Of a stretch of 64,000 nt of DNA, positions 23,353 through 35,309 are shown piece after piece (positions within the stretch are counted from its first letter, which is position 1; each line of letters opens with the position of its first letter). The notes beneath the pieces are model-generated. The model was not told the origin of the DNA, did no database searches, and saw only the letters and a program-made list of their open reading frames with translations. Source of the stretch: Selaginella moellendorffii (Eukaryota; Plantae; Lycopodiophyta); contig NW_003314324.1 of NCBI RefSeq assembly GCF_000143415.4, positions 286,011-350,010 on the forward strand. The letters are read 5' to 3'. A program made the position numbers and the translations under genes.

Positions 23353-24098
23353 ATGGCAGCAGCAGCTATGGTGAAAGTTGGAGCAGCATCGAGCCCGGCA
23401 ATCGCCCCGCCAAAGTTCTCGCGGCGAGTTCCATCGCCCACTAAGTCAGCCTTCCTGGCGAATCTCAAGCCGCCGGTTGGTCTCTTCGGCAGTGGCAAAT
23501 GCAGGAGAAGCGCTCTCGTCGTTCGAGCAGCCAGTGACAAGGTAGAAAACTTTCCCTGGATCATCCTTGCGTTGTGTCGATCTGATCTCTCTTCCATCTT
23601 CTTCCTGTTCTCCAGTACCAAGTGATCGAGCCTCTAAACGGAGATCCCTTCGTTGGCGGACTGGAAACTCCCGTCACTTCCAGTCCCCTCATCGCCTGGT
23701 ACTTATCCAACCTTCCAGCCTACAGAACTTCCGTGAGCCCGCTGCTACGAGGCATAGAGGTCGGCCTTGCTCACGGCTTCTTCCTCGTCGGTCCCTTTGT
23801 AAAAACCGGGCCTCTTCGCAACAGTGAAGTTGCCGGAGAGGCTGGCGCGCTCGCGGCAGCCGGGCTCGTTGCCATCCTCTCGGTCTGCCTCACCATCTAC
23901 GGCATCGCAACGTTTAAGGAGGGAGCAGCATCAACAGCACCAACGCTTACACTGACCGGACGTAAGAAGGAGGCCGATAAGCTCCAGACCGCCGAGGGAT
24001 GGGCCAGCTTTTCCGGGGGCTGGTTCTTTGGAGGTCTCTCCGGCGTTGCATGGGCTTACATCTGCTTGTACGTGTTCAAGATCCCCTACCCGGTGTAA
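23353..24098 (+). CDS. psaL: Photosystem I reaction centre subunit XI (PsaL), transit peptide + one intron (23542-23615)
   Basis: [60 protein letters not shown]...[20 protein letters not shown]. Confidence 0.98.
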
Positions 24099-24242
24099 AA
24101 ACTTGTCCTTTCAAACATCTTGCGCTTCATGGATTCACTCTCTTTCGTTCCGGTATCCTTGGAGACCTGTACAGGGAAACTGAAGCAACGTTTCCCACTG
24201 ATCAGGTGATGTGCATTTGGAAAAAAAACAAGAGATACCTGA

Positions 24243-26512
24243 TTATTGTAGCATATCGTGTTTCTCGAAGAACTTGAGAATCGCAGGGAACACCTCCGTT
24301 TTTGCCTGTAGAGGAACTTTAGAGAACAAAATCCATTACTGATAGTGCTGCCGTTTACCGTTCGAGAGACGAGCAGATCATAGTGACCATAATGCCGATT
24401 ATGCTGCCCTCCAAAAACCTCGTATTTACCTCGTTCCGTAGGTAAAGTGCATACAGTATCTAGAAGAATGCGAACCTGTCATGCCAGTTCAAAGAAAATC
24501 CAGAGTACGTTACCGATAACAGCCGAGGGAGGGCAAATCAGATCCGCATCCCCAGCAATTGCGTAAACTGGGACTTCGGACTTCGATAACAAGTTTTTGT
24601 ACGTAACATTTCCATCGCGACTCTTAAGACCACCGCGTTGAAAAGCTGTTCTTAGCTGCAAAAGAAGCTTTGCAGGAACCGTGCCTGAAAGGAAACCATC
24701 ATCACCGACAGAATTTGAAGTGCGCACGCACTTACAAAAATTATTGTAAACCAGTTTTTTGTAGAGGTCCGGATCCATCATTCCGCTAGCCGAAACATTA
24801 TATCCAAGCCATGCCAGTGCATACGGAGGTCGACACACTAGAGGATACACTGCCTGCATTATGGCTCCAAGAGGCACAACTGGGACGTTGAGCACTTGCG
24901 CTGGATCAGCCTGCACATCGAAAAACCAGAAAGAACAAAGAAAAACCTTAGCAATAGAGTTGCGACAACCTTGTCTTACCAACGGCAGAAGCATGTGAAG
25001 CGAGGAGTTCGAAGCACTGTAGTCGAGCGATGAAGCTAAAGTGACCGCTGCAGCAATGCCAGAATCCTTTCCTGGGAAGAACTACATATTCAAACGATGT
25101 CCTACAATTCAAACTTCATACCTTTACTCGCCAAGAGTGCATAGAGAATTATGCCTCCCATGGAATGCCCAACTCCAAGCAGCTTTCCATCCTTCGGATT
25201 ACATTTGTTTCGGACGTACTCGATCTGCAAAAATCCGGAGTCATCACGTAGTCAATCAAACAGCTTCCTACCGCAGCTGGGACGTCTTCTTCGAGGTAGT
25301 GATCAAAATCCCAATCATATTTCACAATAAGGTCCAGGAACTTTTGAAATTCGTCCACTGTTGAAGTGAGCCGCGACTGTAAGTCTCTCACGCGAGAAAC
25401 TGAGACCTGTGTCTCCTCCAGAAGTCTAGTGAGCCTGTTACTTAGATCGATGAGCTGAGAAGTAAATGCCGCATTCTTCCTTTCCTCCAACAGTTTCACC
25501 AGCCTATCCTTTATCTCCTGATATCGGTGCGAGAGTTGAGCATCCTCTAAAATGGAAGATAGCTGCTCTGCAAGTCGCGCCGAGAGAACACGCGATTGCC
25601 CTTCATTCACTACCGCTCGTAGCTTTTCCGCAAGCTCCACAACGGTGCTAGATAGCTGTGATGCCGTCTTTGTGATCTCCCAAGAAGGACTTGACTCTTC
25701 GCTAGTGCCAGTTACGCCACCATTTTCTTTCTTGCCTCGTGCTTTCTCCTCCTCCTTTATCGTCGCAGCAACAGCCTCTATCTCTGGCTCGAGCTTACTC
25801 ACAGAGGAAGCTAATTGTTCCACGTCTTGCAAGTTGAAAACCTCCGCCCCTTCAGTGCTTTGTGTGTATCTAGCTACTTTTTTGGGATCACTAGTCTTGA
25901 GTTGTTCTTCCTCTTCTTCGTTTTTACTCAACCCGGCAGCTCTCATTTCCAAGATCCACGTATCGAAACCATTGGAACTCATGTAACGAGCAAAAGAAAC
26001 CTGTGTAGCAAATTGGTGAGAAGAACGATCGATCAGAACTGGAAGTTCACTCACGCTGGGGTCTAGATCGAATCCAAGCGCGTTTGTTGCGACACCAGAC
26101 AGAAGCAAAAGCGGGTGATTCCTCGCGGGCGCCTGCGAGAAAAAGAGAAACAAAGAAAAAGCTATCGCTCGATTCTTCCAGGTAAATTTTGGAGGCTTAC
26201 CGATCGAACAGGGAGATATCTCCACAATGCGAGCTTCCACTTGCCACCGGCCACACTGACGTAGTGAAGCTCGTCCCCTGTGCACGTATCGGGCTTCTCC
26301 TTCAAGAATTCCACCATTTCCGGCGAGGTAACCTTCCCATCGCTCTCTTTCACCGCTCCATCGCTCTGGCTGCACTGTGCCGAGCTCGAATTCTTAGTCG
26401 GTGACGCAAAGAATCGCAATCCCTCCGCCGCCCGAGCGCGCGCGGCGATCGAGAGCGCCGGTAGGCTCCTCGGTCGCAGAGCGATCGCAGCCCCGGAGAA
26501 TCGCAGCATCAT
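24243..26512 (-). CDS. Alpha/beta-hydrolase (UCP031088/PHA-synthase-like) with coiled-coil insert and predicted plastid transit peptide, multi-exon
   Basis: CTGDELHYVSV...WKLALWRY, RNHPLLLLSGVATNA.GFDL, FDTWILEMR, YDWDFDHYLEEDVPAA, GIGHSMGG nucleophile elbow, GDADLICPP, HYGHYDLL. Confidence 0.88.
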
Positions 26513-26806
26513 TCCCAATGACCTAGAAATCTCCCAGCTCTTGAATTCCCCGGCTCTGTCAAAGCTCTAGAATCTCCCGTGATCGTTTATAAAGGTAAGC
26601 CCTAAATGTAAATAGTAAATAGGTAAATAGGAAAAATGATGAGGTAATGGGACGAGGTAACTTTCACCTCGTTTGTCAGAATTTCTTTGGGTAGAAAACC
26701 ATGTTCTGCAAAGAAAAGAATTTTCCAAGTGAGAAACAAAGGAAAGACGCACGCAGATACTAAACTCACAGTAAAAATTGATCCATCAAACAAAACCATA
26801 GCGATG

Positions 26807-28296
26807 TTCTGCCAAAGCGAAGAACACGAGAGAAGTTAACGCGAGCTTTGCGAAGAACAAAGACGAGAGCTCGGAGCTTACAGTGTAAATGGCCAGCTTC
26901 GATCAATCCAAGCTCCACATCCTGCGAGGCCGTCCACCCCGGCTCATACGCCTCGAGGAACGCTTGCTTGGCCTTGTTTGGAAGATCGTGAGGATGAACC
27001 AGCGGCACGCCGCGCGGCCATCCCAGCTCCTCCCGGAGGCTGGAGCACGGACTGTCCAGCGTCGTGAGATGGTTCTCCTCGCAGTCCTTGAGGTTGCAGA
27101 ACCGGATCTTCAAGTTCTTCCCCTCGGCAATCTCCTGGACCCTCTCCTTGAGCACCCTCTGCGCTTCCAGCCTCAAGCGCTTCGATGGCGCCAGCGGCTT
27201 GCCCCGAGAAACCTGCTTTCTTCTCTTGAGCGGCTTCATCGGACCTGGAAAGACAAAGATCAAAGAGAGTTCTTTCTCCCAGCTCGAGAAAAGAAGAACC
27301 TTCTTGCTGCGACGGAAACGAGAAGGCCTGCCGCATGCCGATAAGCTGGTCGATGGAGTGCGACCGCTGCATGAAGTCGTGCACCGTGACGGACTGCTGG
27401 AACGGGCTGGATCCGGCGACTCCTCCCGACGTCGTCAAGCAGTGGAGCAATCCCGTGGCCTTGGGCATGAGCTTGAAAGCCGTGGAGCACCTCCCATACA
27501 AGTGCATATGTGATGAAGAACTCCCGGCCTCGGTCCGGAAGAACGCTGGAGTTACGTGACCCCCGGTGGCCTGGTACAGCGAGAGTCCGCAGAACAAAAC
27601 CACGTCCTGGGGGCCGAGACCACCGTCAGCTAAGTGCCACCGCCCATGCATGTCACGAATCTCCAGCCCGTGCTTGTCCGACTTCATCAGCGTCACCAAT
27701 CCTTTATCGGCGTTCTGGTCGTGTCCGTCGTAGATGGGCGCCAGATCCATGGCACCCGGGTGCTGCAAGCCGGGCCTTCCATGGCAGGACACCGAGAGAA
27801 CCGAGCTGGAGACCTCTCCGTTCTTGAGAGGGATGTTGTCTAGGAACTCCGTGAAGGAGAAGCTCCGGAGCTCCAGAACCCAAGCTATGGCCTCGAGGAT
27901 GTGCCGCGAGGCCGTGCCGAGGGTGACGAAGAGCTCCGGAAGTCCTGTGGGTGGAAGCTCGGCGGTGGAGTCCGGCGTCCCTGGCCGATAGTCGAAAACT
28001 TCTTTGGCGAAGTGTGGATCCGAGTAGTAGCCGGCTGTGCGGTGCCAGTTCTGTGAATCCTCCGTGTGGATCGTCTCTGGCCCCGGCGGAGGGCGCTGGT
28101 GGAAGAACATCCGGGCGGAGTCGAGCACGCATCGCAGGAGCGTGCCGTCGCTGGCCGAGAGCTGGATCACCGCGAAGCTATATTTCTGGAGAGACTGGAA
28201 GAGCAGCACCGCGGCCTGCTTGTAGCAATCGCTCGCCAGGCCGTCCGAGGGGACTAGATCGGCGAGGCGGACACGAGGAACCGGACCCGCCGCCAT
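26807..28296 (-). CDS. 2-oxoglutarate/Fe(II) oxygenase-superfamily-like protein (plant family with C-terminal PSKRLRLEAQRVLKERVQ domain)
   Basis: RVRLADLVPSDGL.SD.YK, DYRPG, DKGLVTLMKSDKHGLEIRD..GRW.LAD, CGLSLYQATGG. After the intron at ~27299-27246: PSKRLRLEAQRVLKERVQEIA...HPHDLPNKAK..FLEAYEPGW. Confidence 0.85.
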
Positions 28297-28712
28297 TGCC
28301 GATCAGCCGCCTCCCCGCAGCGCCGGGATTTGCAGCGCGGGCGCGGCATTTGCGATTCTTACCATAGAAATCACGCCGCCACGATCGATCGTCCCGGCGC
28401 GCGCTCCCAAAAGCCCTAGAATACTCCAAAGACGTTAGGTCTTTCCTAGAGCTCGAGAGAACACAGAGAGAACTTTCGCTCCTCTCGAATGTGAAGTAAA
28501 AGTACAAAAAGAAATGCACTGAAGTGGTAAAAAACAAGTGATCTTTCGAGAACAAAGAGAGAACCTCTCGACTGTGAAGTAAAAGTAAAAACGAAAGAAT
28601 GTATTTCCACACACTGAAAACGTAAAAAAGAAATGTTTAAAACAAACTCAGATGATCTATCTTCTTCCAGTGATCTTTCCTCCAAGATTTTGGGATGAAT
28701 CTTTTTTGCGCT

Positions 28713-29494
28713 CTAGACCGCGGAGGCGACGGTGGGTTTCTGTGTGGCCTCGGACGATGTGGGCGGGAGCTCCACGGTCGGGGCCGACCTCGTTGCGACA
28801 TAGCCGGGCTCTTTGTAGCCGCCGAGCCTCCGGCTAAAGATGCCCGTGTGGAGCATGAGGAGATAGAAGAGCTGCGTTCCGGCGAGAATTATCGCAATGG
28901 ATTCGAGCACCCTCTGCAAAGAAGAAAACCAAGTTACTTCGCGCAGCAAAAACTAAGGACTTTCTTGCAAGAATTGATCAAAGAAAGGCAAGCGAAGAAA
29001 GACGAGGAAATTTACCACACTCTTGCTGTAGATTCTACCTCTCCTGATGTGCTTGCATGCGATTCTGGTCAGAAAGAAGAAGAAGAAGAAGACTTGTTTT
29101 TCATGAATTCACACTTAGTGCGAGCTTACCCGAAAGAAAGAAGTGTGAGAAGCCACGCGATGAGACCAGCCGCTCCAGCCGCTGCAAAGCTATCCGTTCG
29201 CCAAGCTGCCAAGTGATGCATCCCCGCGAGCGAGGACGCAACTCCAACAACGCCGGCAATCAACGCGAAGATCACCAGTGTCACCGTGATTCCATTTCCT
29301 GAGACAAGGAAAGAAAAAAATCAGTTTTTTTCTTTCTTTTCCTCTTTCGGACGAAGAAGTTTACCTCCCGGCACGAAACCACGCTCAAAGCTATCATTCA
29401 GCTTGGCCCCTGCTATGCCGAGAAGGATCATATAGAGGAAGAAGTTAAGGAAAACCAGGGGACAGAGGAGGGCCCGTCGCAAAATCGCTGCCAT
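28713..29494 (-). CDS. AWPM-19-like membrane protein, 4 exons
   Basis: PLVFLNFFLYMILLGIAGAKLN...GNGIT...IFALIAGVVGVASSLAGMHHLAAWRTDSFAAA...IAWLLTLLSFGLACKHI...RVLESIAIILAGTQLFYLLMLH. Confidence 0.9.
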
Positions 29495-30286
29495 TTTCGC
29501 TGGCTTTCGCAATTTGCTGCTCGGTCTCTCGCGGCCTCGATACAAAGCAAGCACTGGAAAACAGACCAAAACACTTGTCACTAGCCCTCAGCTCTAGGGG
29601 CCAAGCAAAGTTTAAATCCTCGAAGAAGCTACTCGGGATTGGCCACCAAGAACATATATAAGCATACAAGCGCTGCTTTTTCTTTTTTTTTGGTTTAAGA
29701 CCGTTCTACGGGAAGAACTGTGCAAAGAAATGGCTTTTTGCTGCTAATCTCGAGTAAGATTCGCCGGATAATGCAATCGTGAGTAACAAACCAGCGAGCT
29801 TAGACATTAATGGTCGTTTAACGGGCAAAAAAATAAAACACTCACACACACAGACACACACAACAGACGAAGGATATCCTTGGGAATCTCTCAAGAACAA
29901 TATAGCATCCTCTACACCAAGAACACTACCGAAAAGCTATGTAAAGCGAGAAAAATTTAAGTGCGCGTACCTTTCTTCGCTCCTGGATTGTTTATCCATC
30001 CATCGATCCATTGATCCATCCATCGATCCTTGCTGGAGAAAAAGGAAGAAGAGATCTCCACCTAGAAGAATTTTTTCTTTCCGGAAACCAAACCTCGAGT
30101 CAGCTGATCAGACGATTCAAAAGGCGCTTTACTCCCTTTTGCGCCATTCTTCGCGACGACTGAGCTGATCCAGCGCTTTGACGCTCGCATCACACCGCAT
30201 TAGAGTGATGCGATGGAGCCTTCCATGTCGCAATCCTAGGGTTTAACGACTAACGGGGTTTTTGTTTTAGGGTTCTTCGCGGGGGA

Positions 30287-32599
30287 ATGGAGGAGGAGCG
30301 CCTTGAGCGCTTCTCGCGCTGGTCCCAGGTGAGGTATTTCGACCTTTCCTCGGCAATGCAGCTGATCGATCGCTGCCAGGAGCACGGAATCCAGTTCCGC
30401 GGCTGCGCGATCAAACGCGTCAGCGATGCCGAGGGATTTGGGCTTTACACTCAAAACGATAGCGCGAGAGGTGATTTTCTCTCTTTCTGTGCTCCTCTCA
30501 GCACGGATTTTGCAGATGTTCTCGTAGTAACGCCGCTCGATCTGGCACTCACACCCGTGACAATTGTGAAAGATCCAGTCCTGGGAAATGTATACCGGGA
30601 GATGCTCGGCAATGAGATTGACGATCGCTTGCTGGTAATGATTTTCCTGATCATAGAGCGTGCACGAGGGAGAGCCTCGTTCTGGGCACCGTATCCTTTG
30701 TTTTTTTTTTCCTGTGTTCTTCCTTTGGTGCCGCAGGGAAGGGAAAGAGAGAAATCCTTACATTGTGTGTAGATATCTTGAAATGCTGCCATCCGGCTTT
30801 GGTACTCCGCTCTGGTTCGAAGACGAAGAACTCATGGAGCTGGACGGTACAACACTGTTCGAGGCCACCAAAGCCCAGGTGTTTTTTCCTTCTACTTTTG
30901 TAAGCACTTGTAGTGGATACTGAGGTCATGTTTTCCACAGCTTAAGTCCTTGAGGAGACTGTTTCTAAAGGTGAAAGAATGTACTGAAGCAGCGATGTCT
31001 TCCATCGGTCTACATAGGTACCTTGTGTTGTCAACTTTTTCTAGTGTCCTTATATCTGTTTCGTCCGGATGATAGGGAGCTTGAATTCCAGGAATTTCTA
31101 TGGTATGTATTTACATTTTTTTCTGAATTGTGTAGATTGTTTCTAACGATCTTTTGAACAGGGCCAATTGTATTTTCTGGACAAGGGCACTGAACATCCC
31201 GTGTCCGGCATCGTTTGTTACCTCATCATCACCGGAAGTTGCAAAGGACGACGGCAACAGGTTAGTGTAGGTTCTTATCCGCGTTCTAGGATTTATGTTC
31301 TTCCTCATCCTTTTATTTCTTGCAGTTCAAAAGATGTAAGCACGATTTGGATTGAAGGTCTCGTCCCGGGAATTGACTTCTGCAACCATAGTAATAAATT
31401 GCTCTTGTTTCTTTCTTTTGATGACTGAACTTGTGTTATGGCTAGCACGCAGAGCATCTGGGCTTTGGGAAATCGATGGGAGTGACGGTTCTACGTCAGG
31501 AGTTCCTCACTCAATGTACCTGATAGCTGGTACATTGTAGGTAGCTGGAACTAGTCATAACAGCTGGGCGTTCCAGGTTTAGATGTGGTTTTCCCACCCG
31601 GCTCAGAAGTTCTTATCAACTACGGAGACAAAGGGAATGAGGTAACGCGTTAGGCTGGCTGGTGCTACTGATCACGAAACCGGTTTCACAGGAACTACTT
31701 TTCCTGTATGGCTTTGTGGAAGAGGACAATTCCAACGATTATGTGATGGTACGTAATGTGTGACATTGAAAAGGATGTATGCTTTGATGCACCTTTTGTT
31801 AGGTCCACTTTCCAAAGATGTTTCTGGATGAAGACAACACTATGGATTTTAAATTGCAGCTACTTCGTGAACTGGTAAGATTTAAAATGTCAGATTTGAA
31901 CTGGAACCTTTGTTTATTGTTCAGGACCTCTCATTGAAATGGCTTTTACCATCGTCACTACTGGCGAGTGGTTTTCTTCGGAAGAATCCAGATGACAAAG
32001 CAACCAGGACACATCCAGGATTTAGTTGGAGTGGACACCGCAAAGCACCGTCGTACTTAGATTGTTTAGTCTTCCCAGAAGACATGGTGTTATCATTAAG
32101 GGTGCTGTCTATGCCAGAAACTGCTTTGCACGGCGTTGCCAACCTTCTTGAGCAGGTAAATCCAAATTGAGTTTCCGAGATTGATTTGCTTCACAAATGA
32201 GTCTTGGTTTTGCTAAACAACAGATTTCTCACGTTCCTTCGAAAGACGACATCCAGGCAGCGGTATGGGAGGTTTGTGGAGACGCCGAGGCATTAACTTT
32301 GCTGGTGACAATACTCTCTGCCAAGTAAGATATATCAGTGTTTGCGGAATTGAAATGACTTTGGTATCAGAATGGCCGACCTTGTTCGAGGAACTGGACC
32401 CGAGTCACGAGACGAGGAGCTTCTGGAACGAGACAGGCGTTGCAAGGAGCAGGGCACTGTCGATGACACAGGCTTTCTCTCGCAGAACCATCGAGCCTGT
32501 GTAATTTACAGAAAGAGTCAGAAGCGCTTGGTAAGCAGTTTCTTACAGGAAGCTAAACTTGCCTTGGAAGCCTGCCTGGCAGAAAGAATAGAGACTTGA
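30287..32599 (+). CDS. SET-domain protein lysine/histidine methyltransferase (Rubisco-LSMT/SETD3-like class), multi-exon
   Basis: GIQFRGC.IK...GFGLY, TPLDLALTP, W.PYLEMLP..FGTPLWF, FLWANCIFWTRALNIP, EGLVPGIDFCNH, INYGDKGNEELLFLYGFV. Confidence 0.9.
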
Positions 32600-32642
32600 C
32601 TTCAGATTTAAACGCTCACAGAACAGGGTTGAAAGCCACCAG

Positions 32643-35309
32643 TTATGGTCCACTCCACTCGCAGACAAGCTCGTCTATCATTGTCCGCAGAATGCTGCTC
32701 TCAACGTCCTCGGCAATCAGCTTCACTTGCCCGTTCCAATCCATCCACTTTCCAGCACCAACACTCATGTCCTTCTCAACGAGCTCATCAGTTGACAGCG
32801 TTTCCATCGACTTCCAGTCACTTATTTGTTGCTGAACCTCTGCACCAACCTGTGGCATCCCGACTCCAGCCAACCTCACCGATCCTACGCCTAAGTACCA
32901 GCTTTTACAGCAGCCGAATCTTGATCTCACTGCCTCCTCTACGCAGTCGAAGAGCAACTTGCGAGCTTGCAGCGAGCCTCGTCCATGAGATTTGGCAGTC
33001 ATCGTCGTCTCTATGATGCTGAAAACCCGGGAAGCGACTGGACTATCTTGGCTAAGCCACCTTCTAGTTGCTGCTACGGCTGCTGGCGAGCTCAGCATCT
33101 TCTCCTCCTGGTCACATAAAAGCTGACTCGTCCTAAGAACGTCGTCGATGTAGGCTGCCTCTTCCTCGAAAGAGTGCCTGCTACTGGCGGTGGAGTCGCT
33201 TATTCCGATGGAAGAGAGGTCGATGCAGCGGATTCGTGATATGTCCAGGATGGCGCTGAGAATGCTGTCACTGCCCGTGGAACTGGTACGTAGCTTAGCA
33301 TCTGGACCAACTTTTTTAGCTCCTAAACTTACAAACTCGATTGCTCTTACCAGGTGAGTCTTCGCCACCACTGTCCAACGGGGACGAGTGCATCTCGTCG
33401 ACAAACGGTGGCTCGAGCACCGAAACTGGACTGGGCTGTCCACCCTCCGATCGAGATGACCGGCTGCACTCATAGTTCCCGCAATTCGAGTTTGTCGGAG
33501 AGCTCCCGCTTCCTTCCGACCGAGCCACGCTGCTACTATCGTCCGAGAGCAGCTCCTCACAAAACTGTCGTGGAGCAATCAAGCACAAAGTCAGGCCGGA
33601 AGAACACGAGGAAAGAGAAAACAACAAGAGCCAAAACACTCACCCGGGGAGGAGTAACACCAGCGCAAGAAGACGATGCCACCGAGGACAAAGAAATATC
33701 ATCAGCTCGGCCTTGTCTCGAGCTCATCGAAGAAGCAGAGGCTTTCCCCCCAACGGATTGAAAGCTCCGCGCAGCTTGCTTGGTGGTTCCAGCGCCGATG
33801 TTCCGTGATCTTCTCAGCAATGCGCGCATTAAAGACGACGATGCCTCACTTTTGCTCGGCCTCGCCGTGCCACTCGTCGCACTCGTGCTGCTGTGATCCT
33901 TGCCACTTCCGTCGCTGCTGCTGGTACGCTTCGTCCTCGTCCTGTTACTTTCTTTCTCTTTTCCCCTCTGATTCCCAAACAGCCTGTTTGTGGTGTAGCT
34001 CAGGATTCCATGGCTGCTACTGGTGGAGTTCTTCATTGTGACCAACTTTGCAGTGCGAGAAAACGACGCTCTCTGGGGTAAGTGGTCCTCTTCCCTTTCA
34101 TTGCTGCTCTTGATGATGAGCTGATCGGACTCTCGTTGCTTTTGTTGCTTGTGCAGCCTCCGAATTTCAGACCATCCCAATCCTCCACCACCTTCGTGCT
34201 GCTGCTGGAGTCCCAAGTCCGACTTACTCCGAACCAAGTTTCCACCATCGCTGACCTTGTTCTTCGTCGACTTTGACACCGATGATGACGACGAAGAGTT
34301 CGAGCTCGAGCGATCGCTGCTGGAGCTGAAACCACCGAACCTTTGCCGGATGCTCTCGGAAATCTTGGCCAGCCTTCTGGAAGTTGACGACGACGACGAG
34401 CCGAGAGTTGGCTCGGATGAGCTCCGGTTTAGCGACAACTTCCTCCGGCTCGAGGGCTTCTTGTCCGCGGTGCCCGTGTCCAAATTCTGGTGCTGCGGTG
34501 GACGATGATCATCGGTCGCCAAGATCTTCACGGCAACCTCCGCTACCAGGCCACGCTTCTTCTTTGACGGGCTCTTGATCGGTGAGACCTTGCTACCACC
34601 GCTCTTTTGCTCCTCCTTTTTCTTCTTCGATTTCTCCTCTTCTTCCTGTTCGTGTTCCACCGCTGGAACCCGAGTCCTCCTCATCAGTCCTGCAAATTTC
34701 TCCACCAGCGATGGTCCTTTCCTCCCGTTCTGCCGCTGGTGATCCTCCTCCAAGCTACGATACTGATCCTCTTCCTCTCGCAGGAGCTCGCGGAGTAGCA
34801 GCGGCTCTTTGATCCTCAGGAGCTCCTGGAGCTGGAGCTGCTGCCTCTCTCCTCCTCCTCCATTCTCGCGGAGGATCATCACTGGCGGCGAGCGACCATC
34901 GCTACCACTACTGCTACTTACTGCTGAGAGATCCTTGATTTTGGCGCCCACTGGCAGCGAATCCAAGCCCATCAGCCTCGCCACCACATTGGGCCCGTGG
35001 ATCGCCGCGTCATCGAAGCTAGAATTCAGAGATTCTTCCTCTGGAGCTCCCTGATCACAAAACGAAAAGGTCCTGTCACTCAAATGGGAATGGAATAAAA
35101 AGAGGGGTCTTTACCAAAAGTAGCTTCCTGCGAGCTTGGCCATCGCTGCTACTGTGTCTCCTCGCCGATTTCTCTACGAAAACGAGGATCAATCCATCGC
35201 TGCCAAGCAAAAAAATTCGATTTTTGTGTGTCCATACCTTCTCTATTCGCTGCGAACAGCCGCCGCGCGTGCTTACTGCTAGCCGCATTGGGTCTTCGTG
35301 GGGATTCAT
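32643..35309 (-). CDS. TON1-recruiting motif (TRM)/LONGIFOLIA-like protein with DUF4378; start approximate
   Basis: PNVVARLMGLDSLP, QPSPVSVLE, RKLLFDCVEE, C-terminal LVEKDMS...GKW...IAEDVESSILRTMIDEL. Confidence 0.87.
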
